Notes: a model not told the origin generated them from the letters alone. Positions 9,291-16,417 are shown, numbered from the stretch's first letter. The stretch: 32,000 nucleotides of DNA from Bellilinea caldifistulae (GCF_001306055.1 NZ_LGHJ01000014.1:90001-122000), one strand, 5' to 3'. Program-made: numbers and translations.

Positions 9291-9530
9291 TCAGCCACCT
9301 CCTACGGGCGGAAAGATACCAGCTTCGTCGCCATCATTCAAGCGGGTATCCAGGTCTTGAATTCGGGCGTTGATGAAACAGACTTTGACTTCACTTTCGG
9401 GGATTTCAAGATGGTTGATTAAGTCCCTGAGCGTTGAACCTTCCGGCAATTCTACCTCAAAAGGAGTGCCGGCGAGGGTGCCTGGATGATAGCGGCTGAA
9501 AGTGGCGTAAAGCTTGACTTTGACTTTCAT
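9291..9530 (-). CDS. moaD: MoaD/ThiS-family sulfur-carrier protein with a C-terminal Gly-Gly
   Basis: 79 aa ending ...DGDEAGIFPPVGGG. I chose the ATG at 9530, which forms an ATGA overlap with the radical-SAM gene stop, rather than the upstream ORF-track start at 9563. Confidence 0.8.
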   Translation of the reverse strand: MKVKVKLYATFSRYHPGTLAGTPFEVELPEGSTLRDLINHLEIPESEVKVCFINARIQDLDTRLNDGDEAGIFPPVGGG

Positions 9531-10711
9531 GGACAGCGAATAATATCCTGAGACCAGAGACAATCGGCGCAGGAGGGATTGACCCCCCAGCAGCCTTCGT
9601 TGAGTTCGCGCAGATCGCAGGTGCTGCGCAAGTCACAATCCGGGCAGGAGGGAAAGTGATACACGGCTACTTCACTGCGGTACTGCATGTACTCTTCCGA
9701 CATCCAGATCTCATCCAGCGGGGTTTGGGTGACATTCCCCAAGACGTAACGGGTGACTTTTTTCTTGCGTCCATCCAGCGTGTAATAGGAATAATTGTGC
9801 GAGAGAGCATAACAGGGGGAAACTCCGCCGTCCCAACCCACCACTGTTGCCCGGCTGTGAACAAAACGACAGTGTCGTTCAGCGCCCCAGTGCATGCGGG
9901 GCATTTCCATAAAGTTCCATAACCACCAGCCTGACCCCAAATTTGGAAACCCAAACCCCTTGACCGAATCTACGGGGGCATAACCATACAGGGTTTGGTC
10001 CACCATGTCTTCGGTGTAGGCAAGGACATTGCTGACGATTAAGCGAGCCGCGCCTAAACTGGAAGCCAGCCGTACCAACGCAGGCAGTTCATCCGCATTC
10101 GATTTGAGAATGACAAACTCAATGCCCAGTTCGGGCAGGCGGGTAGCATGCTGCTTTTTTAATTCTTTCAAGTGCTCCAGATTGGCAATAATTTGTTGAA
10201 GGTTTGCGCCGCGCAAATCATGGAAGGTTTCGGCTTGCGCGCCATCAATCGAAACCATGACGCGATAAACCCCCAGTTTAATTAACTCACTAACGATTTT
10301 TGGGGTGAGCAAAATACCGTTGGATCCCAGTGTGACTTTCAAACCACGACTGGTGAAAGTTTCGATCATGCTGAGGATGTTAGGGTGGGTGAGCGGTTCA
10401 CCGAAACTGGTAAAAACGACTTCCTCTAATTCCGGCAGAAAAGCCAGCCGGGCAGCAACCGCATCGAAAATGTCCCGGGTCATCAGGGCAATTGGGTCAT
10501 CCCAAATATTCCGCATGCAGAAGCGGCATTGCAAATTGCAACCGGTGGTGACCTCGATGTACAATTTGCGTAAATTGGGCAATCGCGGCAACAGGATGGG
10601 TTCCCCCTCCCGTTCGAATAGCCAGAAATCCAGCGGGGTCGGCAGGTTGCGGCGCTGTAAAAACGCGGCCGGTATTTTGAGATTATTTTGTTGATCAAGT
10701 CTGATTTTCAT
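9527..10711 (-). CDS. Radical SAM / SPASM-domain protein; likely maturase for a tungsten-cofactor oxidoreductase
   Basis: CxxxCxxC cluster motif (TTGCNLQCRFCMRN). Cys-rich C-terminus (FPSCPDCDLRSTCDL...CWGVNPSCADCLWSQDIIRCP) typical of SPASM auxiliary clusters. It lies between the AOR gene and the MoaD genes, as in the family I recall as TIGR04317. Confidence 0.8.
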   Translation of the reverse strand: MKIRLDQQNNLKIPAAFLQRRNLPTPLDFWLFEREGEPILLPRLPNLRKLYIEVTTGCNLQCRFCMRNIWDDPIALMTRDIFDAVAARLAFLPELEEVVFTSFGEPLTHPNILSMIETFTSRGLKVTLGSNGILLTPKIVSELIKLGVYRVMVSIDGAQAETFHDLRGANLQQIIANLEHLKELKKQHATRLPELGIEFVILKSNADELPALVRLASSLGAARLIVSNVLAYTEDMVDQTLYGYAPVDSVKGFGFPNLGSGWWLWNFMEMPRMHWGAERHCRFVHSRATVVGWDGGVSPCYALSHNYSYYTLDGRKKKVTRYVLGNVTQTPLDEIWMSEEYMQYRSEVAVYHFPSCPDCDLRSTCDLRELNEGCWGVNPSCADCLWSQDIIRCP

Positions 10712-10757
10712 TGTCCATTCATGACTGAAAACGGTAAATCGAAATTATTCTGAGAAC

Positions 10758-10850
10758 GGGAATGTCATTGCGATTTCCGCGCTGGTTTGAAGGTGTATTT
10801 TGATGGTTGAGATCGGTGCTCTTTTAAGAGCGGTTCGCAATGACATTCCC
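10758..10850. repeat. Perfect 16-bp inverted repeat with a 61-nt spacer between the AOR and radical-SAM genes
   Basis: GGGAATGTCATTGCGA (10758-10773) is the exact reverse complement of TCGCAATGACATTCCC (10835-10850). An inner small hairpin GCTCTT/AAGAGC lies at about 10819-10832. Confidence 0.85.
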
Positions 10851-10875
10851 GAAAAAAATCTGGCCGGGTTATGCG

Positions 10876-12630
10876 TTAGAGCTCGGCGAAAACTGCATCC
10901 AGTGCTTCGTCCGGCACATCAAAGACGGTGTTGTGGGGCGGCAAGGGTTCCTGTTTCATGAATTCCGGCAGCCGGTCAGCGGCTTTGGTGATGCCGGCGG
11001 CTTCGTTGAACTTGCGCTCGACTTTCAACACCTCTGCGCCGAATTTGACCACATCATCGGCTGTCCAGTTGGTACCGAGTACGCCGTTGATCTCCTCGAT
11101 CATACCCTGATAACCGCTGGCGATGTCGAGGATGGCAAAAGCGATGAAGAGGCAGTGACCGCTGGAATCGATGAAAGCGGTGGTCGCCTGGAAGGCGCGG
11201 CTGAGGGCGGCTTTACCTTCGGGCGAAAGCGGATCCACCTTGCCCATCACGCCCAAAATTTCCGGGGCAATCGTGTAGCCGGCGGTGTGATCGGCGCCCA
11301 TCGTGGAGGTGGCGTAGGTTATTCCAATACCCTTCACGGCACGCGGTTCGTAAGCCGGGATGGACTGGCCTTTGACGGTGGGGACACGGGTGATGCCATA
11401 AACCCGTCCGGTCGTTTCGGTGCCGGCTCCCAGAATGCGGCCCAGCGTCGTGCCTTTGCCCATCTCATGCACCAGATTGATGGCGGCTTTGCTATCCCCA
11501 AACGGAATCACGCCTGCCTCCATGGCTACACCCAGGGTGGTGCCGGTTTCGATGGTGTCAAGACCATAATCGTTGCACAACTGGTTGAGCATGGCAAGGT
11601 CATCCAGATTGCTGATGCCGAGGTTCGCACCCAGCGACCAGGCTGATTCGTATTCCAGGCAGGAAGTAATTTCGCTGCCATCCTCGGCATAGACCGTGTT
11701 GGAGCACTGGATGATGCAGCCGGGGCTGCAGGCATGGTTGAAGATTTCCTTGCCTTTGCGATCTTTGTTGGTTTCAAAAATGGCCTCACCGGCAATCTTG
11801 GGGGCTTCTTCAAAACGGCCGCTGGTGAAGTTTTTGGTCGGCAGGCCGCCGGCTTCGTTCATGATATTGATCAGAATGGCGGTGCCGTAGGAGTTGAGTC
11901 CGCCTTTGGGTTTGGTGATGGCGTGGGTGCGCAACGCATCAATCATTTTCTTGCGACCTTCCTCGAAGAGGGCTTTGTCAGCGATTTCCACGCCGGGGGC
12001 GCCTTGCCGGTCAAGCACGATGAATTTGAGGCCTTTGGAAGCCATCACCGCACCGAGACCGCCGCGCCCTGCATAACGAGACGGTCGCTTGGACTGATCG
12101 TTGAAGCATACACCGGAATTGCTGTATCCATATTCTGCGGCAGCGCCTACGCTGCAAACCGAAACCCGATCGCCAAACTTTTCGTAAATGGGCGGATAAA
12201 CGGCGGAAAGCGGTTGTTTGGTGTAGGGTGTGGCATCGAAGAATTCTACCTTGGGTTTGCCATCCCAGGTAATGTGCAGCCCCCAGAATTGATCCTTCTC
12301 TTTGGGCTGCCCTTCGATGATCAGGCCGCGGATTTGCATGTTAGCCAGATCGGCGCCCCATGAGGTACCTGCATTGGCTTCCTTAATGCCGCCGGTCAGA
12401 GGTGATTTTCCACCGACAGAAATGCGGGCTGCGGTTGGAGCGCTGGTACCGGTGACAAAACCGGCAGAAAATACTAATTTGTTGTTCGGGCCGAGCGGGT
12501 GACAAAGCGGGGGTACTTCATCGGCAACAACGTTCGAAGTCAAGGCGCGCCCAGCAAAATATTTGTACTTTTCCGGCACCTCAGTTACCTGATAAGTACG
12601 GTCGGTCATGTTGACTCTAACAAAATACAT
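10876..12630 (-). CDS. aor: Aldehyde:ferredoxin oxidoreductase-family tungsto/molybdopterin enzyme
   Basis: The N-terminus parallels Pyrococcus AOR (VRVNMTDRTY...; GPNNKLVFSAGFVTGTSAP; KSPLTG; AGRGGLGAVMASKGLK). A Cys cluster (ACSPGCIIQC) and a distal Cys (SSGHCLF) could bind the 4Fe-4S centre. Strong RBS: AAAGGAGG, 5 nt, then the ATG at 12630. Confidence 0.9.
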   Translation of the reverse strand: MYFVRVNMTDRTYQVTEVPEKYKYFAGRALTSNVVADEVPPLCHPLGPNNKLVFSAGFVTGTSAPTAARISVGGKSPLTGGIKEANAGTSWGADLANMQIRGLIIEGQPKEKDQFWGLHITWDGKPKVEFFDATPYTKQPLSAVYPPIYEKFGDRVSVCSVGAAAEYGYSNSGVCFNDQSKRPSRYAGRGGLGAVMASKGLKFIVLDRQGAPGVEIADKALFEEGRKKMIDALRTHAITKPKGGLNSYGTAILINIMNEAGGLPTKNFTSGRFEEAPKIAGEAIFETNKDRKGKEIFNHACSPGCIIQCSNTVYAEDGSEITSCLEYESAWSLGANLGISNLDDLAMLNQLCNDYGLDTIETGTTLGVAMEAGVIPFGDSKAAINLVHEMGKGTTLGRILGAGTETTGRVYGITRVPTVKGQSIPAYEPRAVKGIGITYATSTMGADHTAGYTIAPEILGVMGKVDPLSPEGKAALSRAFQATTAFIDSSGHCLFIAFAILDIASGYQGMIEEINGVLGTNWTADDVVKFGAEVLKVERKFNEAAGITKAADRLPEFMKQEPLPPHNTVFDVPDEALDAVFAEL

Positions 12631-12808
12631 GGCATCCTCCTTTGCAAAAATTGAATTGAAATTGCGGGGGCTTGGGATTAAGACTTTTATATACTGCCTG
12701 GAAATTCTGCGGACTTCTACCTCCTTGCTCAGAAAATGGGGATGGGGAAACTCGCTTGGCGTATAACAACGAAAAAGAAGGACGCATCCCGTCGGTTTGA
12801 ACGGGTGG

Positions 12809-12877
12809 CCCTCCTTTGCAAAACGGCAGGCGATGAAAGTTGCCTCTCATGCCCTATCGTCCATCTATCCCGGAGGG
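12809..12877 (-). ncRNA. Candidate Moco/Tuco (molybdenum/tungsten cofactor) riboswitch aptamer in the AOR leader
   Basis: The minus strand reads CCCUCCGGG...GGCAUGAGAGGCAACUUUCAUCGCCUGCC...UUUUGCAAAGGAGGG. The ends pair (CCCUCC/GGAGGG) and an inner bulged helix forms (GGC..AGGC / GCCU GCC). From memory this resembles the conserved CCUCCGAG ... GCCUG ... AAAGGAG blocks of the Moco RNA motif. The context upstream of a W/Mo-pterin enzyme fits. No covariance model was run. Confidence 0.4.
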
Positions 12878-12964
12878 AATTGATGGATCGGAGGAAATCA
12901 TTGGATGGTTAAGTCGCGATTCTCATCCCTGTTATTAAGAATAATGACATTGGACGCGATTTCA

Positions 12965-12980
12965 AGTGACAAAAGTCACA
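12965..12980. promoter_or_regulatory. CRP/FNR-like palindrome GTGA-N6-TCAC in the divergent AOR / arsR intergenic region
   Basis: aGTGAcaaaagTCACa is a perfect GTGAC-N4-GTCAC dyad. It lies about 30 nt upstream of the arsR -35 element and about 90 nt upstream of the riboswitch-like element on the other strand. Confidence 0.25.
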
Positions 12981-13005
12981 ATCGGTTTATTTCAGAGTGA
13001 AAAGG

Positions 13006-13033
13006 TTGACAAAACAAGGAGTATCTGTATAAT
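13006..13033 (+). promoter_or_regulatory. Near-consensus sigma-70 promoter of the arsR-ATPase operon
   Basis: TTGACA (13006-13011), 16-nt spacer, TATAAT (13028-13033). Confidence 0.6.
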
Positions 13034-13055
13034 GTATGAATATATGTTCATATAT
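13032..13055. promoter_or_regulatory. ArsR/SmtB-type operator (imperfect 12-12 inverted repeat) overlapping the -10 / start site
   Basis: ATGTATGAATAT|ATGTTCATATAT matches its own reverse complement at 20 of 24 positions. The core TGAA-N6-TTCA resembles SmtB/CzrA/CadC operators. Confidence 0.5.
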
Positions 13056-13076
13056 TGGTTTTGGAAAAGGGTTGAG

Positions 13077-13478
13077 ATGAGCCAAAATGTGCTTTCCCCC
13101 AAATGTACTGACCATCACATTCACCGCGAGGCGGTCGAACGTGCTCTCGATTCCATGGTGGATGGCTGGACGGCCACCCGCCTTTCGCAGGTTTTCGGGG
13201 CACTTTCTGATCCCAGCCGCGTGCGCTTAATCTCGGCTTTGCTGGCAGGTGAGTTGTGTGTTCACGATTTGGCTGCAGCGCTTGGCATGAGTCAAAGTGC
13301 GGTTTCCCATCAGCTGCGTTTTCTGCGCAGCCTCAATCTGGTGCGTTACCGCAAGGAAGGCCGGGTGGTGTATTACTGCCTGGATGACGAGCATGTCGAG
13401 CATCTCTTCCGTATGGGGCTGGACCATATCCGCCACCCAGAAAAAAGCATCGAGGAGGCATTCACACATCATGGCTGA
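13077..13478 (+). CDS. ArsR/SmtB-family metalloregulator with an alpha5 (Zn/Co-type) site
   Basis: Winged-HTH region LSDPSRVRLISALLAGELCVHDLAAALGMSQSAVSHQLRFLR. The C-terminal DEH-x10-H-x2-H (DDEHVEHLFRMGLDHIRH) matches the DxHx10Hx2H alpha5 site. The ATG at 13077 was chosen because the ORF-track start at 12966 would run through the promoter. Confidence 0.9.
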   Translation: MSQNVLSPKCTDHHIHREAVERALDSMVDGWTATRLSQVFGALSDPSRVRLISALLAGELCVHDLAAALGMSQSAVSHQLRFLRSLNLVRYRKEGRVVYYCLDDEHVEHLFRMGLDHIRHPEKSIEEAFTHHG

Positions 13479-15684
13479 GCAGCGTTACCGCATTGAAGGA
13501 ATGGACTGCGCCGATTGCGCTTTGAAAATTGAAAAAGGGGTTCGTCAATTAGATGGCGTGGAGCGGGTTGAGTTGAATTTCAGCACCGCCTGGTTGACCG
13601 TCGAAGGTGAGGTCAGCCGGCAGGTGGTGCAGAAACGGGTAGAACAACTGGGCTACCGTTTAGCGGAGGATGCGGCTGACTCGGCGGCGCGCGTTCAAAC
13701 AGAAGCCTTTCTGCCCGGATTGTTTCGTTACCTGCTTGCCAGTCGCGAGACGCGTCTGGCATTGCTGGGCGGTGGTTTGATCGCCCTTTCTTTTTTGTTT
13801 TCTGCCTTTGGCTTTGATGGCTGGGGGGTGGTCGCCTTGCAATTGATCGCGCTGCTGCTGGCAGGTTTTCCAATTGCGCGCAGCGCACTGGTGAATTTGT
13901 GGATTAACCGTGATTTCAACATGAATTTCTTGATGACCGTGGCGGCGATTGGCGCAGTGGTCATCGGGGAATACCCGGAAGCGGCTTCACTGATCTTCCT
14001 GTTTGCCGTTGCCGAAGCGCTGGAAGGTTACAGCGCTGAACGAGCGCGCCGTTCTATCCGCCTTTTGGCGGAACTGGCTCCGCGAACTGCCCTGCGCCAG
14101 ACGGAGAATGGCGAAGAACGGGTTGCGGTGGAGCATCTGCGAATCGGTGATCGGGTAATCATTCCGGCTGGCGAACGTATTCCGACCGATGGAGTGGTAC
14201 GCAGCGGCTTTGGAGCGGTTGATCAGGCACCGATCACCGGTGAAAGCCTGCCGGTTGAAAAAGCACCCGGCGATGAGGTGTTTGCCGGAAGCATCAACGG
14301 CGGCACGGTTCTGGAAGTCGAAGTGACCCGTCTGGCGGCCGACAACACCCTCAACCGGATTATTCGCATGGTGGAGGAAGCCCAGGCCTCCAAAGCCCCC
14401 GCTCAGCGCTTTGTGGATCAGTTTGCGCACTATTACACACCGGCCATGCTGGTGCTGGCGATTTTGGTAGCTTTCATTCCCCCGATTCTATTCGGCCAGC
14501 CTTTACTGAACCTGCCGGATGGTACGCGTGGTTGGCTGTATCGCGGTTTGGCGCTGTTGGTGATTGGCTGTCCCTGCGCGCTGGTGATTTCTACACCGGT
14601 AACGGTGGTCAGTGCGATTGCGGCAGGTGCACAAAAGGGGGTGTTGTTCAAGGGCGGCGCATTTCTGGAAGCTCTCAGCCGCGTGCGTGCGGTGGCGTTC
14701 GATAAGACTGGGACGCTCACCCGCGGGACGCCGATGGTGACTACCTACCGCTCGGTGGATTGTCGGGACGGTCAGGATTGTGAAAAGTGCCGGGATGTGC
14801 TGGCGCTGGCTTGCGCGCTGGAGCGGCGCAGCCAGCATCCGCTCGCACAGGCAGTTGTGCAGGCAGCTGCCCTGCGGGGATTGGAAAACCGCTATCCACC
14901 AGCGGATAAGGTTTCTGCGTTGAACGGCCTCGGTCTTCAGGGTCAGGTCAATGGGCAAATGGCCACCATTGGCAGTCATCGTCTGTTTGAGATTGAGCAT
15001 CCCCATTCCGATGAGTTATGCCGCTGGGTGGAATCGGCGGAAAGCCTTGGGCAGACCACCATGCTGGTTTGTGATGGGGAACGGGTTCGCGGTTATCTGG
15101 CGGTGAGCGATTCGCTGCGTCCGGAAAGCGAACAGGTGGTGAATCGCTTGAAGCGGCTGGGAGTTGAGCCGGTTATGCTGACCGGGGATAACCCGGCTGC
15201 GGCGCGGTCGGTTGCTGGACAGGTGGGTGTCCAGCAGATTCACGCCGGTTTGATGCCGGAAGATAAAACCCGTCTGATTCAGGAATTGCGATCTCGCTAT
15301 CGGACTGTGGCAATGGTGGGAGACGGGATTAATGATACACCCGCCCTGGCGGCGGCGACGGTCGGAATTGCCATGGGTGGGGCTGCTTCGGCGCAGGCAA
15401 TGGAAACGGCCGATGTGGTGCTGATGTCGGAAGGATTGCTTCGTTTGCCGTTTGCCATGCGGCTGGCGCGGCTTGCCCAGCGGATTATCCGCCAGAATAT
15501 TGCTTTCAGTCTGCTGACCAAAGCCGTCTTCATTTTACTGGCGCTGGCCGGTTGGACGACCATGTGGATGGCCGTGCTGGCTGATATGGGTGTTTCGCTG
15601 CTGGTGACTTTCAATGGTATGCGCCCGCTGGCTGTGCGGGATGAGTACGGTCAGACCCCGGCTCACACCGGCGGCCACGGATAG
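13471..15684 (+). CDS. P1B-2-type heavy-metal (Zn/Cd/Pb-type) translocating ATPase
   Basis: N-terminal HMA domain GMDCADC. TM6 CPC (IGCPCALVISTP), phosphorylation site DKTGTLT, hinge GDGINDTPALA and TM8 DMG. RBS GAGGAGG lies 11 nt upstream of the ATG at 13471, which overlaps the arsR stop. Confidence 0.95.
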   Translation: MAEQRYRIEGMDCADCALKIEKGVRQLDGVERVELNFSTAWLTVEGEVSRQVVQKRVEQLGYRLAEDAADSAARVQTEAFLPGLFRYLLASRETRLALLGGGLIALSFLFSAFGFDGWGVVALQLIALLLAGFPIARSALVNLWINRDFNMNFLMTVAAIGAVVIGEYPEAASLIFLFAVAEALEGYSAERARRSIRLLAELAPRTALRQTENGEERVAVEHLRIGDRVIIPAGERIPTDGVVRSGFGAVDQAPITGESLPVEKAPGDEVFAGSINGGTVLEVEVTRLAADNTLNRIIRMVEEAQASKAPAQRFVDQFAHYYTPAMLVLAILVAFIPPILFGQPLLNLPDGTRGWLYRGLALLVIGCPCALVISTPVTVVSAIAAGAQKGVLFKGGAFLEALSRVRAVAFDKTGTLTRGTPMVTTYRSVDCRDGQDCEKCRDVLALACALERRSQHPLAQAVVQAAALRGLENRYPPADKVSALNGLGLQGQVNGQMATIGSHRLFEIEHPHSDELCRWVESAESLGQTTMLVCDGERVRGYLAVSDSLRPESEQVVNRLKRLGVEPVMLTGDNPAAARSVAGQVGVQQIHAGLMPEDKTRLIQELRSRYRTVAMVGDGINDTPALAAATVGIAMGGAASAQAMETADVVLMSEGLLRLPFAMRLARLAQRIIRQNIAFSLLTKAVFILLALAGWTTMWMAVLADMGVSLLVTFNGMRPLAVRDEYGQTPAHTGGHG

Positions 15685-16388
15685 GGGCGTCGGCTGGGGG
15701 CCGGGTGGGGAAAGCAGCCGTTTTCAATCAACCGGCGGGTTCGGCGTTCCAGGGCACGAATTTCTGCCGGCGAGAGGTAGGCTGTGAGCGATTCAACCAG
15801 CCGTCCGGTTTGGGTCAGTTCTTCCAGCAGGCGGGTTATATCCTTCAGCAGGTCAGTGGGGATCGGCTCACCGGCAAAATCCCAGATGACCGTGCGCAGT
15901 TTATCCTCCTCATGGAAACAGATGCCGTGATCAATCAGCCAGATGTGGTGATTTTCATCCATGAGGACGTGACCGCCCTTGCGGTCGGCATTATTGATCA
16001 CCAGATCGAATAGAACGACCGGACGAAGCAGCTGCCTGTCTTCGGGGGTGAAGGAAAAATAGTGGTATTGGGGGTCGTGCTCAATGTACAACTGTACTGA
16101 ACCCGGGCCAAGGGGCGCTTTGCGGCGGTAAACCGTGGGCGGCACCAGCCGCCAGCCGAGAAATTCGCTCACCAGATAGGCTGCCACCTCCCTGCCGGAA
16201 AGGCTACCGGCTGGAAAATCCCACAGGGGCTGCTCACCGCGCACCGGTTTATACACAGCGGGGTATTCCTGGTTCTGGTGGACAATCGAAGCCAGAAAGG
16301 TGTAGTTGGAACCATGCACAAACTGACCCCGCAAGGTCATTTCACCCTTTTGAAGAATGGTGAGTATCTGCGGGGTTTCTGCGTTCAT
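15663..16388 (-). CDS. SCO1664-family protein (PI3/PI4-kinase-like fold, function unknown)
   Basis: Kinase-like catalytic and activation loops (NNADRKGGHVL ... WLIDHGICF). It follows a DUF3090 gene, the pairing I recall for this family. Its 3' end overlaps the convergent ATPase gene by 22 bp. Confidence 0.75.
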   Translation of the reverse strand: MNAETPQILTILQKGEMTLRGQFVHGSNYTFLASIVHQNQEYPAVYKPVRGEQPLWDFPAGSLSGREVAAYLVSEFLGWRLVPPTVYRRKAPLGPGSVQLYIEHDPQYHYFSFTPEDRQLLRPVVLFDLVINNADRKGGHVLMDENHHIWLIDHGICFHEEDKLRTVIWDFAGEPIPTDLLKDITRLLEELTQTGRLVESLTAYLSPAEIRALERRTRRLIENGCFPHPAPSRRPYPWPPV

Positions 16389-16417
16389 GTACCGATAGCA
16401 CCTTTCGGTAGGGGGAC

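Noticed and set aside
10758-10850. Inverted repeat as the termini of an IS element or MITE.
   Set aside because: The element is only 93 bp long, has no coding capacity and no flanking direct repeats that I can see. It sits precisely in an operon's intercistronic gap. An RNA structural role is more likely, although a dispersed-repeat search is still suggested.
10840-12363. Plus-strand ORFs of 268 aa (10840-11646) and 209 aa (11734-12363) inside the AOR gene.
   Set aside because: They are antisense to a gene with clear AOR-family homology. The products are Gly/Ala/Asp-rich with no recognisable domain, and the first one begins inside the intercistronic inverted repeat.
12617-12850. 77-aa minus-strand ORF spanning the AOR leader and running into the AOR start.
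   Set aside because: It has no RBS and overlaps the riboswitch-like element and the real AOR RBS and ATG in another frame. The product is Pro/Gly/Phe-rich and unremarkable. The region is better explained as a 5' UTR.
12872-12912. Plus-strand GGAGGG followed 5 nt later by an ATG, giving a 9-codon mini-ORF (MDRRKSLDG).
   Set aside because: The GGAGGG is the complement of the proposed riboswitch P1 strand. The mini-ORF is too short and featureless to support.
12966-13076. Upstream extensions of ORF-track starts: the arsR GTG at 12966. The same issue applies to 13297 for the ATPase, 21501 for the fasciclin gene, 22747 for the DHOD-like gene, 27134 for NUDIX, 1053 for wecB, 9563 for moaD and 26374 for PFOR.
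   Set aside because: The extensions run through promoters, operators or upstream genes and add non-homologous residues. The internal ATG starts have good SD spacing or ATGA coupling, and they begin exactly where family homology starts.
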